DNA of 64,000 bases from Octopus sinensis (taxonomy: Eukaryota). The DNA lies in NCBI RefSeq assembly GCF_006345805.1, contig NW_021833279.1:13142-77141 (forward strand). The letters run 5' to 3'. Both the position numbers and the translations under genes were made by a program. The notes beneath the pieces were generated by a model. It was not told the origin of the DNA. It did not search any database and was given only the letters and a program-made list of their open reading frames with translations. Shown here in pieces: positions 14,261-27,389 of this stretch (position 1 is its first letter; each line of letters begins with the position of its first letter).

Positions 14261-14550
14261 TGAAAGAACTTTTCTTCACCCATTTCCTTACGGTCATTCA
14301 AAATGTGTGCGCGTGTGTACCGTTGGCGATCTTTTTTCCTCTGTCTTCCCTTCTCAGGATCTTTCCTTCTCGTATGTTTCCGACGATGAGCTCCACCCGA
14401 AACGTTAAACCCTCCTTTTTCCTTCTTTCCTCAGCGTCCAATAATACTATCTTTGTTCCACCTCCGTGCGTTGTTGTGTTTCTTTGTGCTTTCTTATTTG
14501 GATTAAATTTAACTATATATATACATGTGTGTGTGTCTATATAAATATAA

Positions 14551-14592
<42 letters not shown>

Positions 14593-14610
14593 AAATATGT
14601 GTGTATATAT

Positions 14611-14642
<32 letters not shown>

Positions 14643-15288
14643 ACAAGCAGACATACCCGGCATTGCTGGGGATTCAAATGGCAAAGTTGGTATATAATAT
14701 ATTCGAGTCATTTTGAAACAGGTGATATGGGAAAGTGCAACATTGACAACAAAACATTTGTAGAGTAAATGCTGGGCTAATTCGACTAAGCAACATGCTA
14801 TGCGTCCGTTTGGAGTGTTTCAGGCCCTAACCTGTCATGCAAAATTGGAGGTGGAGTTTGAGTGATTTTTGAATGCACCGAAAAGCTGTCAGTGGATATA
14901 CTCTCCTTTTAGCAGTGTGCGCTGTGTGTAACACGACCCATCATCGAAAATTTTGACACCACACGTCGGGTTTCTTGTCCTACATCACTCATAGAGTAAA
15001 TTTAAAGGAACTGTGGTTGTTCATTCGCGGGTACCAGGGAACCATTGAGGGGATAGACTTGCCCTTGAACTTTGACGTCGGCGTAAATTCATGTTTATCT
15101 ATCTTCTTAGATTCACCAAAAGATGTCATTTGAAATGCAAAGTTGTATTGTCTGATATCGTTCAGAAAATCCTTTGACTGGATTGAAGCGCCTTCTAGAA
15201 GATTCCTAAGGGGTTGAGATGGTAGTGTTGTCAATGATACCTGTCCGAATATGTTGTCATCTATTGCATTGTTTTAAGTTCTAAACGA
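14643..15288 (-). mobile_element. Internally deleted Helitron remnant in intron 1, unit B
   Basis: Minus strand encodes LRNLLEG...FLNDIRQYNFAFQMTSFG, then after a frameshift KVQGQVY and QPQFLQIY, typical of the RepHel N-terminal region. A degenerate 3' hairpin end lies near 14643. Confidence 0.75.
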
Positions 15289-15589
15289 TTATAAATACCC
15301 TGAAGTTCTATTTATATGATGCTATTTCTATTTTTTCACAGAACCGTTTCATCTCCAAGAAATCTCTCGACGATAAACCTGATGACAGTCCAAGTAAGAA
15401 CTAATTTTACAGCTAAAGTCTTTTACCCGTGACTCATTAACTAATGACTTATAATTTCACCAACTTTCAATTAGTGCCACAATACTATCCATATGTCCAC
15501 CATAGCATATACTAAGACACTTGCCTGAATTTATTTCAAAATATATTCTACTTTACAATAATTTCCTAATTATAATGTTACTTTAATAT

Positions 15590-17110
15590 ACTATGCCATT
15601 TATTGTGTGTATATGAGTATATATGCAACGATACGTCGAGAATTCTACCAAGCCCTCTTTATCTGAGAATCAAATGCCCGAGCTGGCGCTTCACTGCGTT
15701 TATATCTACAATTCAGCATTCTGTCAACTCTTGTGCTTCCAATCATTCGCGAATAGAGACCCGAAATAATGATGTTCCACTTCCCTACACAGTGCGTATT
15801 TGACAATTCTGCCTTTGGGTACTCGGCAGCCAACCAATTCAGTGCACGTTGTTGGTGACCATCAGACGAATCAGGTAGCAGCATGTCTTCTACAAATAAC
15901 AGTCGACCAATCACGTAGAGATGGATTGGGATACCTCTACCACAATGGTTGCGCATATTCAACCAGATCACAAAAAGAATGTGAGAAGGGGCACTAACAA
16001 TGCACACTTCAACTAAGTGAAACCTTCACGTTGAAAACTTTCGACTTTTACATAAATACAAACATTTGAACATCCATATAAGTACTTTATGGCAACCAGT
16101 ATTTTCCCATTGAACTCACCTTTCTGGTAAACCATCCGCAACATGCCCCAGGGCACGTGATCGTGTGCTTTTTCGTGGTTTACAGATCTGTTTTGAACGA
16201 ATCTCTGGTCGGGTGTACTGCGTCCAGGACAGTAATCTTGGGCACGACATTTTCCCTACGTATCATTTCCTGACATCTAGTGTAGACCTTTTGATAATTA
16301 GAACACACTCTTTGGTCTCTGTTTGAAATAAATTGTGATTATCTCCCCATATTACCATTGCCTTGGTGATTTTTCCAGAGGTCCAATCCACCTAGCTGAC
16401 ATGGGTCACTCAGAGAATAACATCTGTATTTAAGGTTTCTAAAATATCAAGCCGGACGTACATTTCACCAGCAGCTTTACCACTTTTAAGTGAATTTAGC
16501 TCAAATAACGTCGAAGAAGAACCTGCCGAAAAATAATACAATCACGAACCCATTTCGAGGTCCAACTTCATACAGGCGGGTCACTCTCAATTTGGATGCA
16601 AAAGTCTCCACATTTTCGTTTCTGATCCCAGCATCCACTGCGGCTTCCAACTGTATTCTGTAGGTCGCACTAGACTTACCAATTTCCAGTGTTCGGCAGA
16701 CTGTAGGAATTTTCAGGTTTTTAGTCATTTAGGTAGTGACGAGTTGACAACTCCACCCTTCCTTTTACCCGAACGTTCAGCAAAGAGTGAAAGATGACTG
16801 AAATCTATCAGAAACCTCTGTCACCAAGTATTTCTATACCAGACACCCTTATAAATATCCCTGTCTTCAAATAATATCTATACCATAGAGAGGAGAGTGT
16901 GTGTCCTGCACAGAAGTCTACTATGACCTCTCCATTAAGTTCACTGACGACATTCCTTCCAATCAATCCTTCTCGCGGTTATCAGTGCCAAGGTGTGCAC
17001 TGAAGTCTCCTTGCAGGACAAATGACTTTACCCCAAATATATCTAAAGCTGAGGTGAATTTGTTTAGGAAGGATTTGTATTTGAATTCGCATTTTGCTGC
17101 ATATACGTAC
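15590..17110 (-). mobile_element. Decayed RTE-clade LINE, unit B
   Basis: RT motif [29 protein letters not shown] and endonuclease motif [14 protein letters not shown]. Confidence 0.8.
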
Positions 17111-17129
17111 AGTACGCTAAGGGCTCGAA

Positions 17130-17760
17130 GGAATAGCCATACCGCATCATCCATCGAGTGGGATAAAAGCAGTTGCCTCTGGATCTTGAGTGGAGGAGAC
17201 GATTCGGAAAATATATTGCAGTCTCCACCCAACTCAATCTGAGATGCATTGGGATGGAATACAAAATATGCGTCTTCCAAACCACGTAGCAGGTCCAGAA
17301 GGGATCAACCGTTCATAAATGAGAATTAGACTGTCAAAACCGGACGATACAAAACGCTGCCTGTTATATATAATCGATGTCTTCTCAAGAAAGCTTCGTT
17401 ACTTCGGAGGCATACACTTGGAAGTAGGTTGGAAAATCTACCGTGCAGGTTTTGTGCCAACTATGTCAGCACAGGCGGAAGTGGGATGCTCACAATCCCT
17501 GGCTTTCGGATTGGATTATGAAGTGAATCCCACTGCGTATTAAGGGATACCTCCTGAAGCTCAAGCAGAATGAAGGAGTGGTGTAGCTGCTGGAAGTAAA
17601 TGCACCCAATAGCGAGGGCAAATACAAATGCTTCCTTAACAAAGTCATTGCAGCTTTGGATATATTTGGGGTAAAGTCATTTGTCTTACAAGGAGACTTC
17701 CGTGAACACTTTTGCGCTGATAACCGCAAGAAGTATTGATTGGGTGGAATCGCCCCACAC
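17130..17760 (+). mobile_element. Oppositely oriented RTE 5' and endonuclease segment, unique to unit B
   Basis: Plus-strand VGWKIYRAGFVPTMSAQAEVG and KSFVLQGDF; reverse complement of the segment at ~3500-4120 of unit A. Confidence 0.7.
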
Positions 17761-17944
17761 ACATAATTGGGGTGGCCATACTAGTCTTCTGGAAGGAAAC
17801 GGACTCTCTTCGCGCCAAACACCAAGCTGATATTCGTAAATGGCCAATCAGGTGCCAAGAATTGATAATATGGCTAACATATCTATAAAAGAAGAACTTA
17901 ATCATTTTTATTGTCACAAATATATATAAATGTATATATATATG

Positions 17945-17981
<37 letters not shown>

Positions 17982-17991
17982 ATAATTATAT

Positions 17992-18050
<59 letters not shown>

Positions 18051-18053
<3 letters not shown>

Positions 18054-18460
18054 CGCTGGAGTGGCTGTGTGGTAAGTAGCTTGCTAACCAACCACATGGT
18101 TCCGGGTTCAGTCCCACTGCGTGGCACCTTGGGCAGGTGTTTTTACTATAGCCCCGGGCCGACCAATGCCTTGTGAGTGGATTTGGTAGACGGAAACTGA
18201 AAGAAGCATGTCGTATTAATATGTATATATATGTATATATATGTGTGTGTGTTTGTGTGTCTGTGTTTGTCCCCCTAGCATTGCTTGACAACCGATGCTG
18301 GTGTGTTTACGTCCCCGTCACTTAGCGGTTCGGCAAAAGATACCGATAGAATATGTACTGGGCTTACAAAGAATAAGTCCCGGGGTCGATTTGCTCGACT
18401 AAAGGCGGTGCTCCAGCATGGCCGCAGTCAAATGACTGAAACAAATAAAAGAGTAAAAGA
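18051..18460 (+). mobile_element. tRNA-head SINE family 1, full length, unique to unit B
   Basis: A-box TGGCTGTGTGG, B-box GGTTCAGTCCC, internal (TG/TA)n, 3' end CAGTCAAATGACTGAAAC plus A-rich tail; inserted in (TA)n. Confidence 0.8.
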
Positions 18461-18473
18461 AAAAAAGTGTAAC

Positions 18474-18519
<46 letters not shown>

Positions 18520-20517
18520 TCACATCCAAGTTCAACTACAAAACAAACATCCGTTCATAAGGGAGCCAAATACACATTCTGATATTCTGAGATTAATCTC
18601 TGAATTCGTTGACATCAACGTCAACAACAGGCTCAATAGACAAACGACTAATTTTCTTCGTTTAAAATTTATTCTTAGCGAATCATTTACTTCTTTCATT
18701 CTGATTCTTATTCATTCACTCATTCTTTTTCTTTTAAATTCTAAATGTCTCTCCTCTCTATCAATTCCTTCCAAGCCAGCAACTTCCTTTGTATAGGATT
18801 CAAGAATTCTTTCTTTTAAACTAAATTGTTTCATTTTAAATTTCACAGAACCCGGTCCCGGATCATTGTATACCCGGTGGGGCAGAACAAGTTGTCCTCC
18901 TTATTCAAACCTTGTATATGACGGTTAGTATAAACTACACTTCTGTTCACTCTTTCTCTCTTTATCTTTCTCTTCTTCTCTTTTTATTCCTCTCATTTTC
19001 TCTTTCTGTCGCCCCCTCTCTTTCCGTTTCTCTCACGCACACGCACGCACGCACACTCAAGCAAATCATGTGATATATCACGTTTGTAACGTTACCTACA
19101 GACCCTATAGACACTATACAAGACTGCTTACTCCTTTGTAGGTATTTTGTCAAATCAGAATTTTAAATGTTGTCTACTACGGACCAGGTGAAAAGGATGT
19201 TGTCTAACCACAGAATATAGATATTTCTACGTTAAATTATAGATAGGGACTAGACTGGAAACCAGTAGAGCGATCGAGGACTCCTGGCTGATTTGTATGG
19301 AGTGTAGATATCAAATACCGAGGCTTCTAACTGGTGATCAAGTGTACTGGGTACGGCTGGTGGTATTGTACGTGAGTGACCAGAGCTGAAATGTGGCCAC
19401 TCGACTATCTTTAGTAGAGAGTCTCTTGATTGTCGTTATAGACTAAATTGAATAAGGTCTCTTAGGATTGATTAATGAGTGTATAGGGTTAATGAAATGA
19501 ACGCTGAATGTACAATGTGGACTGGAAAAACCACACACTGTAACTAATGGACAAAGCTAACTAAGGGCTGTATTTATTAAGAATAATATGGAGGGACTAA
19601 GTATCACCGAGAGAGCCCAAGTGAGTACATATTGCACTTCTATTCTTCTCGCCTTACCGAAATCGACCTATCACTGAAACCTTTCTCTTTTCATGAGCCA
19701 CCTCGCCTCATTAATTGTCCAGTGTATCTTTGTAAGGTAACACCGGCACATTCAATTCAAAGCTACTGCTTCCCACATCTTCTCCAACCAACCTGGCATC
19801 CTTTGTGAATCTGCTCTCTATAAACCCTACACATATCGTTTATCGGTCGCCCACTCCGCTGTCCATTCTTCTTAAGCACTACGCCATCAATGAGCTTCAA
19901 AATTCACCCCACCTCAGTTGATGCTTTGCATGAAATAAAATCTGTGGATCATAAATATAGTATGTAGTAGTGTGGTAGGCCCGTCTGTAGTAGGCCGACT
20001 CGTCCCAGACAACCCGATGGATATAGCCAGACACACACCGTACTTATGGTCGAAACAGTATTTCATCCCCTCTTACCCACCAGTTCTCTGCATCTCGCCG
20101 TCTCTCGTATTGTTCTACTCAAACCACATGCAATTCCCATCACCAACAATTTTCACGTTCAAACGTGAACGACATTTTCTCCAAAATCCCTTTCCTTTCT
20201 CCGTTTATTGACATCCACACACAAACACCTACCCCATGGAATACACATCACAACCACAAATACTTACCCGTACACATACACAAACACACACACACATGAA
20301 GAGAAGACAAACGCACAGCTGCAAACTCATGCGCACTCCCATCCAGCAACACACAGCTTGCACTCACATAAACACTAACATATATACACCACAAATCGTT
20401 CACACGTGACTAAACATGACTTCTTTTAAGGGTCAAACTGTAATGAATGTTTCCGTTATTTCATATATAATTTTGCTTAATATCTTTGTTTACTTGATTT
20501 ATTCTTACCAATTCTAG

Positions 20518-21017
20518 GTGTCGTTGGTGGACAACATTTTTCCCATACTGGTGGCGGAAGTAATCTCTTATGTCTACCCAACGATCCCATTTGGGCCAAT
20601 TATACTACAGAAGGTGAAGATGGAGGTTGGATTTATGGCAGTGTATATCAACTACAGTTATACCCAACTAATAACCTCTTTTCTTTTCCTAACGCTGAAT
20701 CACTTCATCAACACAACGTTCCGTGCGCTGTCTGTTTGACACGACAACCTGCTGTTGTTATGATGTTACCAGCCAGGACAAAGTGTTACGCTGGTTGGAC
20801 AGCTGAGTATTCGGGATATTTGATGACCGAGCATTATAATGATAAAGGCAGATATGAATATGTGTGTGTGGATTATGCACCAGAAGCTGATCCAGCAGGT
20901 TACAGAAACGAAGATGGAGCTGTTTAATATTTCGTTCAGGCTGCTTGTGGTTCATTGCCATGTCCACCGTATGTCCATGGTCAAGAATTAACCTGCGTTG
21001 TCTGCAGTAAATATTGA
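20518..21017 (+). pseudogene. Exon 4, copy B, with premature stop
   Basis: Reads [20 protein letters not shown]...[36 protein letters not shown]; otherwise collinear with the other copies. Confidence 0.85.
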
Positions 21018-22974
21018 ATAGAAGTTAAATTCGTTTCCATATGAAAATATGTCTGTGAATTACAAGAAACAATATAAAATTTTCAATTTTGTTACCTAAT
21101 ATTTTCTTCAAAGTATGTCTACCGTTACAATAAACCGTTGTACTAGTTTACAGAAGATATTCAAACAATACAAAAGAGGCGACGTAGAATGCTAGAAATA
21201 TCCTCAAAATCAAGAAAATTCTAAATCTGTCGGAATGATTCTAGAAAACATTTTGTAAGATTTCAGTTTATCAAACTTATCGTTGAAATAAAATGTTATT
21301 TTGTTTAACAGTATTTTGTCTTCTGTCTCATGATTCAACAAACCCCAAATAAAGTACCACCATAGAATTATATCAGCTTTTCATGCACAGCCTTAGAAAA
21401 TCTAATACTCGACGCTACTATCTCAGACATCTTGGTTTTCAAATTACAAATCAGATTCTGACAAGGAGCCATGAACCGCTACATTACTTAGCACAGAACT
21501 TAACTGATTCTTTCAACAACAACCAGATACTTCCACACTATACATTCTATTTGCTGTTATTTATCAGGAAAGCTTTGCGTTCCATTCCAACCCCATATCT
21601 TATAAAACCTATTTATCGTCTACTTTGGAAATATCACAAAATGTTCAATTTAAGCTTTCTGAGAATGTAGAATTTACACGATCAATCCTTCAAAAGACAG
21701 TATAAATGAGTATTGGTCCTGCCAACCAAAATCTATACCAAAAAATTCCCACCTCTCTTCGAAATAAGATACAAAATGAAACTCGATGCACACAACATAC
21801 ACGTCATACACTAAACACTGATATACAAGAATAAGAAATGAAATCAACCAGAAAAATTGCCTCATTTCAGCAGCAGAGAACATCAAATACGACTATTTCT
21901 TTCACTCCGCTACGTAAACATACCAGAATCGAAGAAAAGATGGATCCTAGAAGCTGAATACATATCATGCGAAACGAATACAACACCCATAAAAGCGAGT
22001 GTAAAGAGAGCAAATATAGTCAGGGCAAGCACGGATGCTGTGTGTAAGAAGGCTGAGATGTTGTGACCGTCACGTTATATCCAATAGGATTCATGACAGT
22101 ATGTTGGAGTGTGTCGAATATTTGTCAGATAAACGAAGGGTTCGGTTTACAGCATCAAGCTGCAATAAAGATTAAAGATTATTAATGTTTACTATCCCAC
22201 TATTATTAGTCTGATGGGAAAATCTGCATTCGCTTCTCTAGATTACAAATATTTTCTTGGTTGTAAATCGTAAACGATTGCAGAGAATACGGACGCTGGA
22301 AGATCTTCAAATTCATCTTTTGATTCAGCGGCATAATTAGACAGTTAAAACGACCGCCAAGTGTTTAAGCTGTACAGAGCATGCGCAGCTGCATATGCAA
22401 CCCGCCATTACAATAGGAAAAATTATGGGACTTTGTTGAAATCTGACATGGCTGTAAGATTTATTTTGTAGCTTATTTCAAATTAATATTAATTCAAGGG
22501 CCAAACAGAGAGTGTTACACACACACACACAGACACACACACAGACAAACACACACACACAAACACACACACACACACACACACACAGACACACACACAA
22601 ACACACAGACACACACACACACACACATATATATTAAATTTAGTCAAACTATATCTGAGGGGTCTAATATGCTTCATCTAAGAAAATTTAATCACAACTA
22701 TGGAATTCCGCCGTACATATGCAGTCCATACGGAAGGTGCACTTGCGAATTGAGTTTCAAATGGGAGACACTGTACCTGTATGTTTTGCTATGATTTATA
22801 AAACAAGAAGAAACATATTCAAAGCTAGTGATAATGACTAGCTAAAAATATGTATGAATGTCATTATTCGGTTTTAATAGAATATTTCTGGTCAACAGAA
22901 AGAGAGACGGCTTCTAACTTAGTTCCAAGTATCTTTCATTGGAATTTCAACAACATGAACAGGATATTTTTGTA

Positions 22975-24790
22975 TGCATGTATGTATATATGTATGTATG
23001 TATGTATGTATGTACGTATGTATGTATGTATGTATGTATGTATGTATGTATTCATGTATGTATGTATGTATGTATGTATGTATGTATGTATGTATGCATG
23101 TATGTATGTATGCATGTATGTATGTATGTATGTATGCATGTATGTATGTATGCATGTATGTGTATGTATGTATGTATGTATGCATGCATGTATGTATGTA
23201 TGTATGCATGTATGTATGTATGTATGTATGCATGTATGTATGTATGTATGCATGCATGTATGTATGTATGCATGTATGTATGCTTACATGTATGTATGCA
23301 TGTATGTATGTATGTATGTATGAATGTATGTATCCATGTATGTATGTATGCATGTATGTATGTATGCATGTATGTATGTATGGATAGATGTAAGTATGTG
23401 TGTATGTATGTATGTATGTATGTATGTATGTATGTGTATATGTGTCTATCGATAAATACATGCTTACATTCATACATACATGCATGTATACATGTATACA
23501 TACATACATGTATGTATACATATATGCATGCATTTATATATGTAAGTATGAAAGTATGTATGTATGTATGTATGTATGTATGTTTGTATGTATGTATGTG
23601 TGTATGTATGTGTGTATGTATGTATATATGTGTGTGTGTATGTATATATGTATGTATGAGGGTATGTATGTATGTATATATGTATATATTTAAGTATGTG
23701 TGTATGTATGTATGTATATATGTATGTATAGGGCGTATGTATGTATATATGTATGTATGTAAGTATGTATGTGTGTATACATGTATGTATATATGTATGT
23801 AAGTATGCATGTATTTATGTCAGGTCACTTTCGAGTGCTACTGGTAACATGTAACCCAGTACAACCTGTTGCATTGTCGGGTCGTCGGCGACTAAACCGG
23901 CAACCACACCAAGCTTGCTTGGTGAGGAGGGTGTTTGTTGGACACCCTGCGGGATGAAAGACAAAACCCGTCAAAGAGCGGAGGAACTCTTGAGAGTCAA
24001 CGGCCATCCAATATATGTCTTATGGCTGTATCATGCGCGGGGACATAGAAATAATCGGACTGAATACCCGATCGCGCGGTTAAACCATTGGGAGTGAAGG
24101 ACTCCTAGATTATGTTAGGGCATCCTTCTAGGAGAAGGTAACTTAGGTAACCGGGATAACTCCGATATAAAACCTGCGGCTCAGTGGTTAACGATGACGT
24201 TGACTTGTTCTTCGATTCGGATTATGGCTGCTGTTGCTTAGTGACTGGGATTGACACAGTGCACAGCCTTTACTCAGTATAAAAAAAAATCTTCATGCAC
24301 AGGCATTGCAAGATAACAACATTGATTAAGCGTCGTGCAATGCCCATACTCGATAACGAGGGGGCAGCCACCAAGTATGTATGTATGAATGGATGGATGA
24401 TGAATGTAATATGTATGCATGTATGTATGGATGTAATTATGTATGTATGAATATGTATATATGTGTATACGTGTCTATCGATATATACTTGCTTATATTC
24501 AAAAATACATTTATGTATACATGTATACATACGTACATGTATGTATAAATATATGCATACATGTATGTATGTACATATGTATGTACGTGTGTATGTATGT
24601 ATGTATGTATGTATGTGTGTGTATGTATGTTTGTATGCATGTATATATGTGTGTATGTAAGTATGTGTGTATGTATGTGTGTATGTTTGTATGTATGCCT
24701 CTATGTATGTGTGCATGTATGTATGTATGTATGTATGTATGCCTGTATGTATGTGTGCATGTATGTATGCATATATGTATGTATGAGTGG
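22975..24790. repeat. (TATG)n array interrupted by the structured element (homologue 62795-64000)
   Basis: Direct inspection. Confidence 0.95.
23817..24374 (+). mobile_element. ~555 bp structured element inside a (TATG)n array; possible LINE 5' UTR or non-autonomous retroelement
   Basis: Unique GC-richer island flanked on both sides by (TATG)n, with a chain of hairpins and a GGAGAAGGTAAC...TAAAACC segment that recalls RTE 5' UTRs (from memory, not searched). Confidence 0.4.
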
Positions 24791-25948
24791 GTGGGAATTG
24801 GTAGGTTTTGATTTTGATATTCCGATAAAACGTTTCTAATCAGATTAACGCTTGTTGTGAAGAATCCAATCCGAACAGCGGACTTCATTAGATTAAGTCT
24901 TGCGATTACTGTGTGGGTTGAACGAAATACTTCCCACACTGAATATTAAAACAGTGTGTGAGTGTGAGTATGTGTGTGTGTGTGTCAGTGTATGTGTGTG
25001 TGTGGGAGTGTGTGTGTGGGAGTGTGTGTGTCAGTGTGTGTGTGTGTGTGTGTGTGTGCCAGTGTATGTGTGTGTGTCAGTGTGTGTGCGCGTGTGTATC
25101 AGCGTATATGTGTGTGCGTCAGTGTGTGTGTGTCAATGTGTATGTTTGTGCGTGAGTATGTGTGTGTGTGTAAGACAATGTATCTGTGTGTGTTTGTCAG
25201 TGTGTGTGTTAGTGTGTGTTGGTGTGTGTGCGTGTGTGTGTTGGTGTGTGTGTATGTCAGTGTGTGTGTGTGTGTGTCAGTGTGTGTGTGTGTGTGTGTC
25301 AGTGTGTGTCAGTGTGTGTGTGGTGTGTGTGTATGTCAGTGTGTGTGTGTGTGTGTTAGTGTGTGTGCGTGTGTGTGTCTGTGTGTCAGTGTGTGTGTGT
25401 GTGTGTGTGTTGGTGTTTGTGTCAGTGTGTGCTTGTGTGTGTGTGTGTGTGTGTGTCAGTGTGTGTCAGTGTGTGTGTGTGAATGTGTCTGTGTATTTGT
25501 TGGTTGAACGAAATACTTCCCACACTGAATATTAAAACAGCTTCCCAATAATAACAAATAAAATTAATTAACAACATTAGTAAATAAAACATGCGCACAC
25601 ATACGCACGCACACACGCACACGAATGCACACACCTAAAACTCACAACCCCACGAATACACGTATATACACCTATATACGCTTACAAACATACAAACGCA
25701 CACGTACACGCACACACAAATACACGCACATACGACACTCACGCACATACATACACACACACACACTACAAACAAAACACACACACGATACATATACATA
25801 CACGCACACACAAACATACTTCAAACTAGCAGTACCTACTATTTGACCTGTGGTAGAGACAAAGGGAGCCACGCCCAATTCCTTCTTCCTTGACCTTAAC
25901 ACTACTAACCCTACAACACGCAAAGATTAACAGCCACAACCACATACG

Positions 25949-26010
<62 letters not shown>

Positions 26011-26413
26011 TCATCAGTGCACTCATACACACATACACATATACGCACACGCAGACCTCCGCGCACGCTCTTATCCACACTTACACAGACATTCTTCCTC
26101 CTCTACTACTCTCCTGTCTTTGAAAGAACTTTTCTTCACCCATATCAATCCGGTCATTCAAAATGTGTGGACGTGTGTACCGTTGGCGATTTTTTTTCCT
26201 CTGTCTTCCCTCCTCTGGATCTTTCCTTCTCGTATGTTTCCGACGAAGAGCTCCACTCGAAACGTTAAACCCTCCTTCTTTCCTTTTTCCTGAGCGTCCA
26301 ATAATACTATATTTGTTCCACGTCCTCGCATTGTTGTGTTTTTTGTGCTTTTTTGTTTGGATTAAATTTAACATACATGTGCGTGTATATATATATATAT
26401 ATGTGTAGAAATA

Positions 26414-26450
<37 letters not shown>

Positions 26451-27088
26451 ACTACCAGACATACCCGGCATTGCTGGGGATTAAAATGGCAAAGTTGGTA
26501 TATAATATATTCGAGTCATTTTGAAACAAGTGATATGGGAAAGTGCAACATTGACAACGAAACATTTGTAGAGTAAATGCTGGGCTAATTCGACTAAGCA
26601 ACATGCTATGCGTCCGTTTGGAGTGCTTCAGGCCCTAACATGTCATGCAAAATTGAAGGTGGGGTTTCTGTGATTTTTGAATGCACCGAAAAGCTGTCAG
26701 TGGATATACTCTCCTTTGCAGCAGTGTGCGCTGTGTCTAACACGGCCCATCATCGGAAATTTTGACACCTCACGTCGGGTTTGTTGTCCTACATCACTCA
26801 TAGAGTCAATTTGGAGGAACTACGGTTGTTCATTCGCGGGTACCAGGGAACCAATGAGGGGATAGACTTGCCCTTGAACTTTCACGTCGGCGTAAATTCA
26901 TGTTTATCTATCTTCTTAGATTCACCAAACGATGTCATTTGAAATGCAGAGTTGTATTGTCTGATATTGTTCAGAAAATCCTTTGACTGGATGGAAGCGC
27001 CTTCTAGAACATTCCTAAGGGGTTGAGATGGTAGTGTTGGCAATAATACCTGTCCAAATATGTTGTCATCAATTGCATTGTTTTAAGA
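26451..27088 (-). mobile_element. Helitron remnant, unit C
   Basis: Collinear with 14643-15288. Confidence 0.7.
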
Positions 27089-27389
27089 TCTAACGATAAT
27101 AAATACCCTGAAGTTCTATATATATGATGCTATTTCTATTTTTTCCCAGAACCGTTTCATCTCCAAGAAATCTCTTGACGATAAACCTGATGACACACTA
27201 AGTAAGAACTAATTTTATAGCTAAAGTCTTTTACCCGTGACTCATTAACCAATGATTTATAATTTCACCAACTTTGAATTAGTTCCACAATACTATCCAT
27301 TTGTTCCACAATAATATATACTAAGACATTTGCCTGAATTTATTTCAAAATATGTTCTACTTTACAATAATTTCCTAAATAAATTGTTA

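Larger units (their letters stand above)
10839..21017 (+). pseudogene. Copy B; exons 10839-10981, 15342-15393, 18849-18923, 20518-21017
   Basis: All four exons have AG/GT boundaries, and exons 2 (52 nt) and 3 (75 nt) are intact. Exon 1 is 1 nt short in an A run (GGAAAATGG). Exon 4 has an in-frame TAA at 20925-20927 (GCT GTT TAA against GCT GTA TTA in copy A). Confidence 0.8.

Noticed and set aside
21383-22066. Short ORFs in the B-type 3' flank, repeated at 61494-61886
   Set aside because: No recognisable motif or splice structure; probably an ancient decayed element that I cannot classify.
22850-23810. Long ORFs of MYVC/HTYI type here and of CV/HT/IY type elsewhere (up to 287 aa)
   Set aside because: These are stop-free translations of (TATG)n, (TG)n, (TA)n and (TATC)n microsatellites.
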